The notes below the pieces were generated by a model, which made no database searches, was not told the DNA's origin, and saw nothing but the letters and a program-made list of their open reading frames with translations. Below, piece by piece: positions 8,071-16,865 of a DNA stretch of 64,000 nt; position 1 is the stretch's first letter; each line of letters begins with the position of its first letter. The DNA is from Chromatiaceae bacterium (GTDB lineage Bacteria > Pseudomonadota > Gammaproteobacteria > Chromatiales > Chromatiaceae). Location: contig JALSSC010000064.1 of the NCBI GenBank assembly GCA_026984455.1, forward strand, positions 39,363 to 103,362, given 5' to 3'. The translations under genes were made by a program, and so were the position numbers.

Positions 8071-9023
8071 TGCCACCGGCATGCTTCGATCTCTCCAGCG
8101 AACAGGCGTCTCTCCCCGGCCGGGGTGGCCAGGCGCAGGGCGCCGTCGGGGGCCACGCCCAGGCACTCGCCCTCCAGCGGCTCGCTGCCGTGGTGCAGGC
8201 GCACCCGGCGGTGGCGGAGGATATCGTATCGCGCCCACCGTTCCAGGAAGGGGCCCGGGCCTTGCCGGACGAAGCTGTCCAGGGCGGAGACCAGGGCCAG
8301 GGTCATCTCCGCCGCCAGGGCATTGCGCACCGGGGGCGCGAATGCGGGGATTTCTCGTAGTTGGGCCACGGGCTGGCCGATCCCGCTGCGCAGGGCCGGT
8401 GGCAGATACAGGTTGAGGCCGAGGCCGATCACCCACAGGCGGCCGTTGGCGGCGGTCTCCAGGAGCAGGCCGCCCAGTTTGGCCCCATCCAGGAGCAGGT
8501 CGTTGGGCCACTTGAGGCCGATCTCCGTCGCCCCCAATCCCTCCAGGCGTCCGGCCAGGGCGACGGCGCAGACCAGTGGCAAGGCATTGGCCGGGGCCGG
8601 AGGCGCGCGGAAACGCCAGGCCAGTGACAGGTAGAGATTGCGACCGTAGGGTGAGACCCAGGGCCGCCCATGGCGGCCGTGGCCGGCACTCTGGTGTTCC
8701 GCCAGGCAGAGCGCCGGGGCCTCGTCCCGCCGGCGGGCCCGGTCCAGCAACCAGCGGTTGGTGGAGTCGATACTGCGGTGGACGTACACCGGGAAGGGGG
8801 CCAGGCCCCGGGCGTCCAAGGCCGAGGCGACGATTCCGCTGTCCAATAGATCGAGCGGCGGCCACAGACGCAGGCCGAGGGCGGGGTCGTGCCGGACCTC
8901 CAGGCCGAAGCCCGCGAGCAGGCGCTGGTGGAGGGCCTCCGTCTCCTTTGCGGTCAGGCCGAGATCGGCCGCGGAATGCCAGGCGCCGTCCGCCAGGCGG
9001 TCGATGAGATCGAGGTCGCTCAT
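8067..9023 (-). CDS. birA: bifunctional biotin-[acetyl-CoA-carboxylase] ligase / biotin operon repressor
   Basis: Track ORF 8067..9038. I prefer the start MSDLDLIDRL at 9023, which overlaps the upstream stop as ATGA. It has an N-terminal HTH-like region and the GRGRHGRPW-type motif (GHGRHGRPWVSP). Confidence 0.88.
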   Translation of the reverse strand: MSDLDLIDRLADGAWHSAADLGLTAKETEALHQRLLAGFGLEVRHDPALGLRLWPPLDLLDSGIVASALDARGLAPFPVYVHRSIDSTNRWLLDRARRRDEAPALCLAEHQSAGHGRHGRPWVSPYGRNLYLSLAWRFRAPPAPANALPLVCAVALAGRLEGLGATEIGLKWPNDLLLDGAKLGGLLLETAANGRLWVIGLGLNLYLPPALRSGIGQPVAQLREIPAFAPPVRNALAAEMTLALVSALDSFVRQGPGPFLERWARYDILRHRRVRLHHGSEPLEGECLGVAPDGALRLATPAGERRLFAGEIEACRWQ

Positions 9024-10804
9024 GACTCGCGCAGCCATTCACGGCGCCGGGCACAGGCCGCGGGATCGCCCTCTTCGAGTCGCAGCTCGCAGGTATCGGC
9101 GGGGGGCTCGGCCGGTGTGACCTCCAGTTCCAGGAGTTCGTCGCCGCGGAACAGATGCAGCCGACGAGGCCCGGGGATGGCCTGAAGCATCTCGGGAAGC
9201 ATGGCCGCCCGGATCTCCACCCCGTCCAGGGCAAGCAGGCGGTCACCGGGGGCTATACCCGCGGACTGGGCCGGACCGCCGTCGTATACCCGGGTCACCC
9301 GCGGTGGGCTGGCGCCGTCGTGGTCCAGGCCGAGCCAGGGCGGCACCTCCGCCGGAGCGAATGCATCCATGGCCCCTCCCTGGTCCTTGGCATCCTTGCG
9401 TGGCCGCAGATGCAGGGCCACGCCGAAGGCGGCCAGGAGTTCTTCCAGGGGCGGATCGGCGGTGCCGTGTACGTAGTGGGCGAAGAAGTCGCTGAGATCG
9501 ATCCCCGCAACCTCGGCCGTCAGGCGTTCGAAGCCCTCCTCCGGCAGGCCCTCACCGGTACGGCCGTGGCGTTCCCACAGGGTGCGCATGATCCGGTCCA
9601 GGTCGGTTCCGGCACGCAGGCGCAGATGCAGATCCAGGGCCAGGGCCACCAGGGCCCCCTTGGCATAGTAACTGACGATGGCATTGGGGGCGTTCTCGTC
9701 CTGTTGGTAGAAGCGTGTCCAGGCGTCGAAACCGGACTCGGCCAGCGACTGTTTGAACCGCCCGCTGCCGCGCCACACCCGGGTGAGGGTATGGGCGAGC
9801 AGGTCCAGATATGCCCTGGCGGTGATACGCCCGCTGCGCACCAGCATGAGGTCGTCGTAGTAGGAGGTGATGCCCTCGAAGACCCACAGCAGACGGGTGT
9901 GGACCTCCGCCTCCAGGCCGCCCCGCTGAAAGGCCAGGGGACGGATGCGCTTGACGTGCCAGAGATGGAAATACTCGTGGGCGCAGAGGCCGAGCAGGCG
10001 CCGATAGGCCTCGTCCGGCGCCTCCAGCCCCGGGCGCGGCAGTTCGTGACGGGCGCATATCAGGCTGCACGAATCGCGGTGTTCCAGGCCGCCGTAATCC
10101 TCCCCGGTGACCTGGATCAGGAATCCGTAGCGATCCAGAGGCAGTTCGCCGAAGAGATCCGCCTCGGCCTCGCAGATGGCCGCGAGGTCGCGGGCGAGCC
10201 GGTCCAGGTCGCCGTGGTGGCGCCCGTTGACGGTGATGAAATGGGGCACGCCGCGGACGGCGAAGCGGACCCGGTCGAGGCGGCCCATCTCCACCGGGTG
10301 GTCGATGAGGTCGGCGTAGTCCTCCGCGCGGTAGCGCCCGAAGCCGTCCCCGTCCACGGCCTCCGGGGCGAGGCTGGTGGCCACCTGCCAGTCCCGGGCG
10401 GCCGGCTGGGCGGGCCGTTGGATCTCGATAGTGCAGGGCAGGTGGTCCCGGCCGTGGGGGCGCAGCAACAGCGCGGGGCCGTTGAAATAGGCGTGGCGTT
10501 GATCGCAGTGGGCGCCGCGCACGGACAGGTCCCAGGCGTAGACCACGTATTCGATCTCCAGCGGGCCGCTGCAGGCCGGAAGCCGCCAGGTCTGCTTGTC
10601 CTGCTTGACCGGATGCAGAGGGCCGTCGCTGGAGCGGGCCTCCAGGCGGACCACATGGCGGGCGTAGTCGCGGATCTTGTAGCTGCCGGGGATCCAGGCC
10701 GGGAGGCTGAGCGACTGCCCGCCCGGCTCCGGACGAGCCACACGCAGGTGGACCTGGAACAGGTGGGTGCCGGGGTGGAGGGGACGTACCTGATAACGGA
10801 TCAT
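9020..10804 (-). CDS. M61 family metallopeptidase with C-terminal PDZ domain
   Basis: 594 aa. N-terminus MIRYQVRPLHPGTHLFQV, HEYFHLWHVKRIRP (HExxH), and a C-terminal PDZ-like GIAPGDRLLALDG. Confidence 0.85.
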   Translation of the reverse strand: MIRYQVRPLHPGTHLFQVHLRVARPEPGGQSLSLPAWIPGSYKIRDYARHVVRLEARSSDGPLHPVKQDKQTWRLPACSGPLEIEYVVYAWDLSVRGAHCDQRHAYFNGPALLLRPHGRDHLPCTIEIQRPAQPAARDWQVATSLAPEAVDGDGFGRYRAEDYADLIDHPVEMGRLDRVRFAVRGVPHFITVNGRHHGDLDRLARDLAAICEAEADLFGELPLDRYGFLIQVTGEDYGGLEHRDSCSLICARHELPRPGLEAPDEAYRRLLGLCAHEYFHLWHVKRIRPLAFQRGGLEAEVHTRLLWVFEGITSYYDDLMLVRSGRITARAYLDLLAHTLTRVWRGSGRFKQSLAESGFDAWTRFYQQDENAPNAIVSYYAKGALVALALDLHLRLRAGTDLDRIMRTLWERHGRTGEGLPEEGFERLTAEVAGIDLSDFFAHYVHGTADPPLEELLAAFGVALHLRPRKDAKDQGGAMDAFAPAEVPPWLGLDHDGASPPRVTRVYDGGPAQSAGIAPGDRLLALDGVEIRAAMLPEMLQAIPGPRRLHLFRGDELLELEVTPAEPPADTCELRLEEGDPAACARRREWLRES

Positions 10805-10813
10805 GCCGCTATT

Positions 10814-11007
10814 CTATACCCGCGGCACGTGAATAGTGTGCTACTGCGGGCGTCCCTCGCATCCCTGGGCTGCGTTGTGTCCCTGCGATGACTCGCTGCC
10901 GCGCCTCGCCCGGAGGCACGAGGAACACCCTCGAAAAACGAGGATTGGCACAGGGAAGTGCCGTCTGCGGACCGATAGATGGAAAGGTTCACGTGCGACG
11001 GGTATAG
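10814..11007 (-). mobile_element. MITE-like foldback repeat, copy B
   Basis: Ends are CTATACCCGCGGCACGTGAAT ... TTCACGTGCGACGGGTATAG, an imperfect ~20-bp TIR flanked by TA. The interior aligns in reverse orientation with copy C. It lies 9 bp upstream of the M61 peptidase ATG. Confidence 0.7.
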
Positions 11008-11048
11008 GCGGACCTCGAAACAGTCCTTCCTGGACTTTTCCGACCCCT

Positions 11049-11075
11049 GAACCGGGAAAGGCGATGTCCCGGTTC
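11049..11075. terminator. 9-bp perfect hairpin downstream of the ABC exporter pair
   Basis: GAACCGGGA-aaggcgatg-TCCCGGTTC. A TTTT tract occurs only on the plus reading and is offset by 6 nt. Terminator function for the minus-strand ABC genes is not certain. Confidence 0.3.
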
Positions 11076-11180
11076 ATGCATTTTCGACGGCTTGCAGCCG
11101 GCAGGAGGGGGGCCTCCATGCGCCCCACACCGCCCGGGCCCATCCAGGCGCTGAGCCACGCGTCACAACGAGATGGGGTC

Positions 11181-12794
11181 CTACTGCGAGATCTGCCCAT
11201 CGACGACATGCACCACACGGTCGGCGGTGTGGAAATAACGCGCATCGTGGGAGACCACCACGAGGGTGCGGCCCTGGCGGCTCAGCTCAGGGAGGATCTC
11301 TTCATAGAAACGCCTGCGAAAGTCTGGATCCTGGTCGGCGGCCAACTCATCGAAGACGCAGATCGGGCGGTCTCTGAGCACGGCCGCAAGGAACGCGAGG
11401 CGTTTGCGCTGGCCCGTGGAGAGTGCGAGGTCGGTGAAACCGTCCGGAGTATATTGGGTCTTTTCCGACAACTCGAGTTCCTCGAGTCGGGCATTGACGA
11501 CCGCCGGATCTACATTCGGGCTGCCATAGAGACGCTCGAACAGATGGAAGTCGGTGAAGACGGCGCTGAACAGCGTGCGGTATCGGGGGCGTTCGGCATC
11601 CGTGATGGGGCGGCCATCGAGCAGGATCTCGCCGCCAGAGGGCCGGTAGAGTCCCGTCAGCAGTTTCAACAATGTTGATTTGCCACTCCCGTTGCCACCG
11701 ACGATGAAGAGCCGCTCGCCGCGACGCAACTCCAGGTCACAGGGGCCGATACAGAACAAGGGTTGTCCGTCGCGGTCCAGATATTGGAATTCCACCTGTT
11801 TGAGCGAGATCTTCTGGAAATGGTTCAAGGGGGGCGCCGACACCGAGCCATCCGATTGGCCAAGCGCCCGGTCGACACGTCCCTCGAGTTGGTAGAGGCT
11901 GACCACGGCGGCATCTATCCTTGCCATGAGCGGCAACAGATCGATGATGACCGTCAACGGCCCAAGAATAAAGAGCATGGTCGCGGCGACCTTGAGAATG
12001 GTACCGGTGCTCGAAGGCACCAGCCAGGGGACGATGAAGACCACGGCAAAGAGCACCGAATAGTTGATCATGCGACGCAAGATCATGCCTTTGACCTGGA
12101 AGATGCTGCAGGAGACCTTGAGCCGATAGGCCTGCTCGGCGGTGTCGCGTATCATCGCGTACAGGGCGTCGTTCTGATTCCGATCGAGCTTCAGTTCCTT
12201 GAATCCGCGGAGCAGACCGCTGAACTGGTCGAGGAGCCGTCCTTCGTTGCGGTCTGCCTCCAGCAGCTCCCTTCGGGTGCGTTTCCAACTGTGGATATAG
12301 ATCGGTGCCAGGACGGCATACACGACCAGCATGGCAAACAGACTCGCGGGCGAGATGCCGAGAAGGTAGATGGCGGCAATCACCAGGAGCAGCAGGGACT
12401 GGGCCACGGTCACCAGAATCACCGCCCCCTGGGCCACGACGCCCGCATCCTGAGACAGCGGCGCATAGTCACCGATTCCGCCGTGTTCCTCGATAAAGCG
12501 CAGGTCGCTACGACGGATCTTGTCGGCCAGTCTCAGGCGCAGGCGCTGCAGCGCCCCGTTTATCGCCGCGACCGAGCGGGTGCGCGCATGATGTTGGGTC
12601 ACCAGATAGATGGCAAAGGCGATCAGATACAACAGCACCCGCCGCGTGTCCAGGACGCCGAGCGCCGCATGTTCGGCGGCATCGTTCACCAAACCCAGCA
12701 TGGCGACGTTCATGGCGCCGGAGATTCCGGCCATGGTCAGAATGGTCGCGCGTGGTGCCCGGCCTTCGTAGGCCAGGAATTGCAGCAGACTCAA
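11181..12794 (-). CDS. ABC transporter permease/ATPase, YojI / cyclic-peptide-exporter type (half transporter 2)
   Basis: 537 aa with an N-terminal 6-TM domain. The NBD reads GGNGSGKSTLLKLLTGLYRPSGGEILLDG...LFSAVFTDFHLF...LSTGQRKRLAFL...DELAADQDPDFRRRFY...VSHDARYFHTADR, the pattern I recall from E. coli YojI and PvdE-type exporters. Confidence 0.85.
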   Translation of the reverse strand: MSLLQFLAYEGRAPRATILTMAGISGAMNVAMLGLVNDAAEHAALGVLDTRRVLLYLIAFAIYLVTQHHARTRSVAAINGALQRLRLRLADKIRRSDLRFIEEHGGIGDYAPLSQDAGVVAQGAVILVTVAQSLLLLVIAAIYLLGISPASLFAMLVVYAVLAPIYIHSWKRTRRELLEADRNEGRLLDQFSGLLRGFKELKLDRNQNDALYAMIRDTAEQAYRLKVSCSIFQVKGMILRRMINYSVLFAVVFIVPWLVPSSTGTILKVAATMLFILGPLTVIIDLLPLMARIDAAVVSLYQLEGRVDRALGQSDGSVSAPPLNHFQKISLKQVEFQYLDRDGQPLFCIGPCDLELRRGERLFIVGGNGSGKSTLLKLLTGLYRPSGGEILLDGRPITDAERPRYRTLFSAVFTDFHLFERLYGSPNVDPAVVNARLEELELSEKTQYTPDGFTDLALSTGQRKRLAFLAAVLRDRPICVFDELAADQDPDFRRRFYEEILPELSRQGRTLVVVSHDARYFHTADRVVHVVDGQISQ

Positions 12795-14446
12795 GACGGC
12801 ACGCCGAATCTGCTGCTGTCTGGAACCGCCTCGATCAGCCGGCCGTCGCCCATCTCGAGGATGCGATCAGCGGTATGGAAGTACTGATCATCATGGGAGA
12901 CGATCACGAGGGTGCGCCCCGATGCGCTGAGGCGGGGCAGGAGTTCCTCGTAGAGCCGACGCCGAAAGCCTGGATCCTGATCGGAGGCCAACTCGTCGAA
13001 GACACAGATCGGACGATCCTTGAGGACCGACTCGAGAAAGGCCAGACGCTTGCGCTGACCCGTGGATAGATCGATGTTCGAATAGCCCATATCGGTGTAT
13101 TGGGTCTTGTGCGCGAGATCCAGCTCGGTGAGCCACGCCTGTATCCGGTCCGGATCGTGAACGGGGACGCCATAGATACGGTCGAACAACTGGAAATCAT
13201 CGAACACGCTGGTGAACAGTGTGCGATACTGCGCCTGATCGGCATCGGTCAGCGGGACCCCGTCGAGCAGGATCTGCCCCCGTTCGGGCCGATAGAGCCC
13301 TGTCAACAGCTTGAGCAAGGTCGTCTTGCCGCTGCCGCTGGCCCCGACCACGAAGATGCGCTCGCCACGGCGAAGGGACAGATCCAACGGACCGAGCGAG
13401 AAGTCGCTGCGGCCGTCGGGCGCGCGGAAGCGAAACTCCACCCCCTGAAGCTCGATGTGCTCGAAATCCCGCCGCGGCGTGGGGGGCGGTGCATCGAGCG
13501 GCTCGGACAGTGCCGCATCCAAGCGCGCCTCCAACGCGTACAGGTTGCTGACCGCGGCATCGGCCTTGGCCAACGTCGGGGCGCCGTTCACCAGATGGGT
13601 CAGTGGGGCCATCATGAACAGCACGGCCGAGGCGACCTTATAGACGGTATTACTTGCCTCGGGCACCCATACGGGAATGGCGAACGAAACCGCGAACAGC
13701 GTGAGATAGAAGATGCTGCCCACGAGGATCACGTCATGGGTCTGGCGCTCACCGGTACGGAGCTTCAGGTGAAAGGCGGCATCCGCGGTCTCGTGGAGGT
13801 GCCCGTAATAGGCGTCGCTTTCCCGCCGATCGAGTTTCAACTCCTTGAAACCGTGAAGCAGCTCGGCGAAGTGCTCAAAGAAACCACCATCGGCGCTGGC
13901 CGCGTGGCGCAATTCCTCCCGTGTGCGCGAGAAGCGCAGGTAATAGACCGGCAAGGTCACCGCATAGATGGCGATGACCGCAAGGAGGCACGGTGGCGAT
14001 AGCCAGGCGAGATACAGGCCGGTGAATAACAGGATCAAGACCGATTCCGCGACCGGGATCAGAAAGACGACGGCCTCCGAGATCAAGCCGATATCCTGGG
14101 TCAGGGGCGCATAGGCCGCAGCACCGCCCTCTCCCTCCACGAATCGCAGATCACCCCGGCGCACCTTGTCGATCACCCGTACCCGGAACTCCAGCACACC
14201 CCGTTCCACCGCGGTCACGGCCTGGGTCAGCGCGAAGCGACGCGCATCGAGCAGAATGGCGAATACGACCAGGTATCCGACGACGAGTTCGGTCCCCATG
14301 GCCCCTTGATTCGCTGCATATTCGGCGCCCAAGTTGGTGAACACCAGCAGAAGAATGGTCGCTATGCCCGACACCGCCGTCATGGCGGCGATCTCCCGCT
14401 GGGGGGCATCACTGGCCTCTCGACCCAGGAACTCGAGCAGCTTCAT
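12791..14446 (-). CDS. ABC transporter permease/ATPase, YojI / cyclic-peptide-exporter type (half transporter 1)
   Basis: Internal start MKLLEFLGREASD... at 14446 within track ORF 12791..14668; the longer reading runs into repeat copy G. It is a paralogue of the downstream gene with a 4-nt overlap. NBD motifs: GASGSGKTTLLKLLTGLYRPERGQILLDG...LSTGQRKRLAFL...DELASDQDPGFRRR. Confidence 0.85.
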   Translation of the reverse strand: MKLLEFLGREASDAPQREIAAMTAVSGIATILLLVFTNLGAEYAANQGAMGTELVVGYLVVFAILLDARRFALTQAVTAVERGVLEFRVRVIDKVRRGDLRFVEGEGGAAAYAPLTQDIGLISEAVVFLIPVAESVLILLFTGLYLAWLSPPCLLAVIAIYAVTLPVYYLRFSRTREELRHAASADGGFFEHFAELLHGFKELKLDRRESDAYYGHLHETADAAFHLKLRTGERQTHDVILVGSIFYLTLFAVSFAIPVWVPEASNTVYKVASAVLFMMAPLTHLVNGAPTLAKADAAVSNLYALEARLDAALSEPLDAPPPTPRRDFEHIELQGVEFRFRAPDGRSDFSLGPLDLSLRRGERIFVVGASGSGKTTLLKLLTGLYRPERGQILLDGVPLTDADQAQYRTLFTSVFDDFQLFDRIYGVPVHDPDRIQAWLTELDLAHKTQYTDMGYSNIDLSTGQRKRLAFLESVLKDRPICVFDELASDQDPGFRRRLYEELLPRLSASGRTLVIVSHDDQYFHTADRILEMGDGRLIEAVPDSSRFGVPS

Positions 14447-14572
14447 CTTGAGGATTTTCCCCGGGATGGTGGGCAAATCAGATGCCGGAGGGGCCTGTGG
14501 CTGGTGGCGCGGGGGGCGATGGGGGCGGACACGGACACGGCAGTTGAACCTGGGGCGGATATCATGCCCTAT

Positions 14573-14757
14573 TATACCCGTCACACATGGATTTTCGGAT
14601 CTGCGCGTATGCCTCGCGTCCTGGGGCATTGGGAACTTTTCTCGTCGCTCACCCTGGACGCAGGACACGAGAATGCGCTCGATAGATCGGGGCGTGACAC
14701 GGGGAGGTGTCGGTTACGGACCAAGGGAAGGAAAACACCAGGGGCGACCGGTATATA
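14573..14757 (-). mobile_element. MITE-like foldback repeat, copy G (degenerate)
   Basis: Ends are TATACCCGTCACACATGG ... GGGGCGACCGGTATATA. The interior aligns with copy B in the same orientation (for example CTGCGCGTATGCCTCGCGTCCTGGGG and CACGAGAATGCGCTCGATAGATCGGGG). Confidence 0.55.
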
Positions 14758-14795
14758 GGCATCAATCACGAACAACCCATTAAGGGGATTCCACC

Positions 14796-15098
14796 GTGAC
14801 GAAACAAGACAGACACACCATTGTCGAGGAAATAACCGTTCGTGGCAGAGAGCTCGTGGACAAGGTCAAGGAATTGATCCGCCAGGGCAATGTACGAAGG
14901 CTCGTGGTTCGACGCACGACCGGCGAGACGTGGGTCGAGATTCCGTTGACTGCCGGCGTGGGCATTGTCGGCTTGGTGACGCTCATGGCCCCGGTGCTTG
15001 CGGCATTGGGCGCGATGGCCGCGTTGGTTGGCGACTTCCGGGTTCGGATCGAGAGGGACGAGACTGCGCCGCAAGGCGAGCGGCTGAAACGCGACTGA
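14796..15098 (+). CDS. DUF4342 domain protein
   Basis: 100 aa: ...ITVRGRELVDKVKELIRQGNVRRLVVRRTTGETWVEIPLTAGVGIVGLVTLMAPVLAALGAMAALV.... This matches the DUF4342 pattern as I remember it. GTG start. Confidence 0.7.
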   Translation: MTKQDRHTIVEEITVRGRELVDKVKELIRQGNVRRLVVRRTTGETWVEIPLTAGVGIVGLVTLMAPVLAALGAMAALVGDFRVRIERDETAPQGERLKRD

Positions 15099-15904
15099 AC
15101 CCGCTGCCTTGCTTCGGGGCGCCATCCGCATGATTCTTGCTCTTCTCACTCCTGGGCCGGCACCGGCCGGAGACGACATCGGCCTTCTCTTTCGGGCGGT
15201 ATACGAAGATCTCGCGGCAATGTGACCAGCCACCGTGTCCCTGGGCTGGCAGGCGACTGCCTGCCCCGGCCCGCGCCATGATGTGCCTCTGTGCCCCGCC
15301 GAGGATATGCCCGTGACAACCGAATGATTCATACAGGATGGATATATTGCGGTTAGCATATATACTGTCTATAGTGTAAAATACGGTGGGTTTTTCGCGG
15401 TTTCTCTCACATTCGTCGGTGTCGCTCAGTCCGGGCTCCGGTCCCGGCGGTACGGTGAGCCGCATTGTCTGGTGGGCCGACGGCTGCGCTGAGGGGGCCT
15501 TCGCCAATCGCCATGGAAATGACTGCTGCACCCTGTAGAAAGACGCGGTCGCTGGTCTGCCGTGGTGGGGGGCATGCCGTGCCCCTGTGGATGTCCATAG
15601 GCGATTGTTCCTGGGCCTTTGGAAAAAAGATCGGAACATTGCCTGTCGCAGGTACAGGTACGTGGCTTAGGGAATCCACGAGGGGCGGTTTCCGATATCT
15701 CCCTAAAGATCATCCCGATCGTGACGATAGGAGACGTGGTGGTGGCAACACCCTGGCCCGGGTATGGGGAGGAACCGATGAACCCCCGATCCCTCCAAAA
15801 GAACATGGAGCCGCTGGAAACCTGAGCCGTTGGGTCCTGGATGCGATCCGTCGGTGGTCCGAGGAACAAGGGATTTGCCCTTGAATATTCGATAGGAAAC
15901 GATC

Positions 15905-16735
15905 ATGTATTGGTGTTTGGTTTCGAGAGGTATCGTTAGCGGGATTTGCCTGGTGGCCGCCAAGTACTGGTACGACACGAGGGAAGAGAGGGCCGCGCGG
16001 AAGAACGTGACAGCTGAGTCGACATCCGGGGATACGAAGCGGCTTGAGGCGTCGGCCCTTGCTGTCGCCGTTGACGCGGTGGCGTCGGCGCCGAGCGCGG
16101 TTGCGGCCGATCGGGCGCTGGTGCTGTCCCTGGACGGGCCCGATGCCACAACGGCGAAGCAGGTCGCGGGAGAACTTCATCGGGCCACGGCGGTGGCGTT
16201 TCCTGGCGGGGTGCCGCACCTGGAATCTCCTGTCCGCAGGGGAACGCCGACAGTCAAGGCCCCCAAGCGGAGCAAGATATGCCGGAGTACAGACGATGAC
16301 CGGCGCGTCCGTGAGGCATTGGCCTCCGGCGATCTCCAGGCCATGGATAGATTGCTGGATGATATCTGTGATCCAGTACTTCGCAATCTCCTGCTGAACC
16401 GTCTGGTGACCGGTTACTACAGGCTACGGCCCGATCCCCGGTACCGTGCCGCTCTTTATCGCGTGGCGGATCTGCAGATGGAAGAGGCGCCGTCGATATT
16501 GGAAGGAATCGAGGAGATGGGCAGACCAAGGCCCGCCGGCATCGCAGCATTCAAGTCGATGGCGATCGCGCTGGACGAGGACGGACGCCAGGAAACCGCA
16601 ATTGCCGTCTGCGAGTTGGCCTTATCGCTCGGCCTTCGGGATGGAACCAAAACGGGGTTCGAAGGACGGATCGCCAGGCTCGAGAAGCGCCGGCAGTGTC
16701 TGGCTGCGGCAAGGCCAGGGAATCGGATTCACTGA
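15905..16735 (+). CDS. hypothetical membrane-anchored protein (276 aa), no recognised family
   Basis: Track ORF with an N-terminal hydrophobic segment (MYWCLVSRGIVSGICLVAAKYW), an Ala-rich linker and a helical C-terminal half. No convincing RBS seen. Confidence 0.45.
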   Translation: MYWCLVSRGIVSGICLVAAKYWYDTREERAARKNVTAESTSGDTKRLEASALAVAVDAVASAPSAVAADRALVLSLDGPDATTAKQVAGELHRATAVAFPGGVPHLESPVRRGTPTVKAPKRSKICRSTDDDRRVREALASGDLQAMDRLLDDICDPVLRNLLLNRLVTGYYRLRPDPRYRAALYRVADLQMEEAPSILEGIEEMGRPRPAGIAAFKSMAIALDEDGRQETAIAVCELALSLGLRDGTKTGFEGRIARLEKRRQCLAAARPGNRIH

Positions 16736-16822
16736 CCACCCATTGGAAAGCGGGGTGTGAGGCCGGCCTGAACATAGAGGCCATGGTGAATGCACCGTCA
16801 AGGGGCGTCTTCTGTTCCAGAG

Positions 16823-16852
16823 ATACCCGCCGCACGCAGGTGCGACGGGTAC
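16823..16852. repeat. minimal TIR-TIR palindrome related to the MITE-like family
   Basis: ATACCCGCCGCACGC-AGGTGCGACGGGTAC consists of the two terminal repeats of the family abutting each other with no internal sequence. It lies between the convergent genes ending at 16735 and 16866. Confidence 0.5.
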
Positions 16853-16865
16853 AGCAGGCCATACC

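Noticed and set aside
15465-15884. A 139-aa plus-strand ORF ending 20 nt before the 15905 gene. I considered it as a precursor peptide or small protein linked to the ABC exporters.
   Set aside because: It has Gly/Arg/Trp-rich composition, no RBS, no leader/core organisation or Cys/Ser/Thr pattern typical of RiPP precursors, and its codon bias is not convincing.
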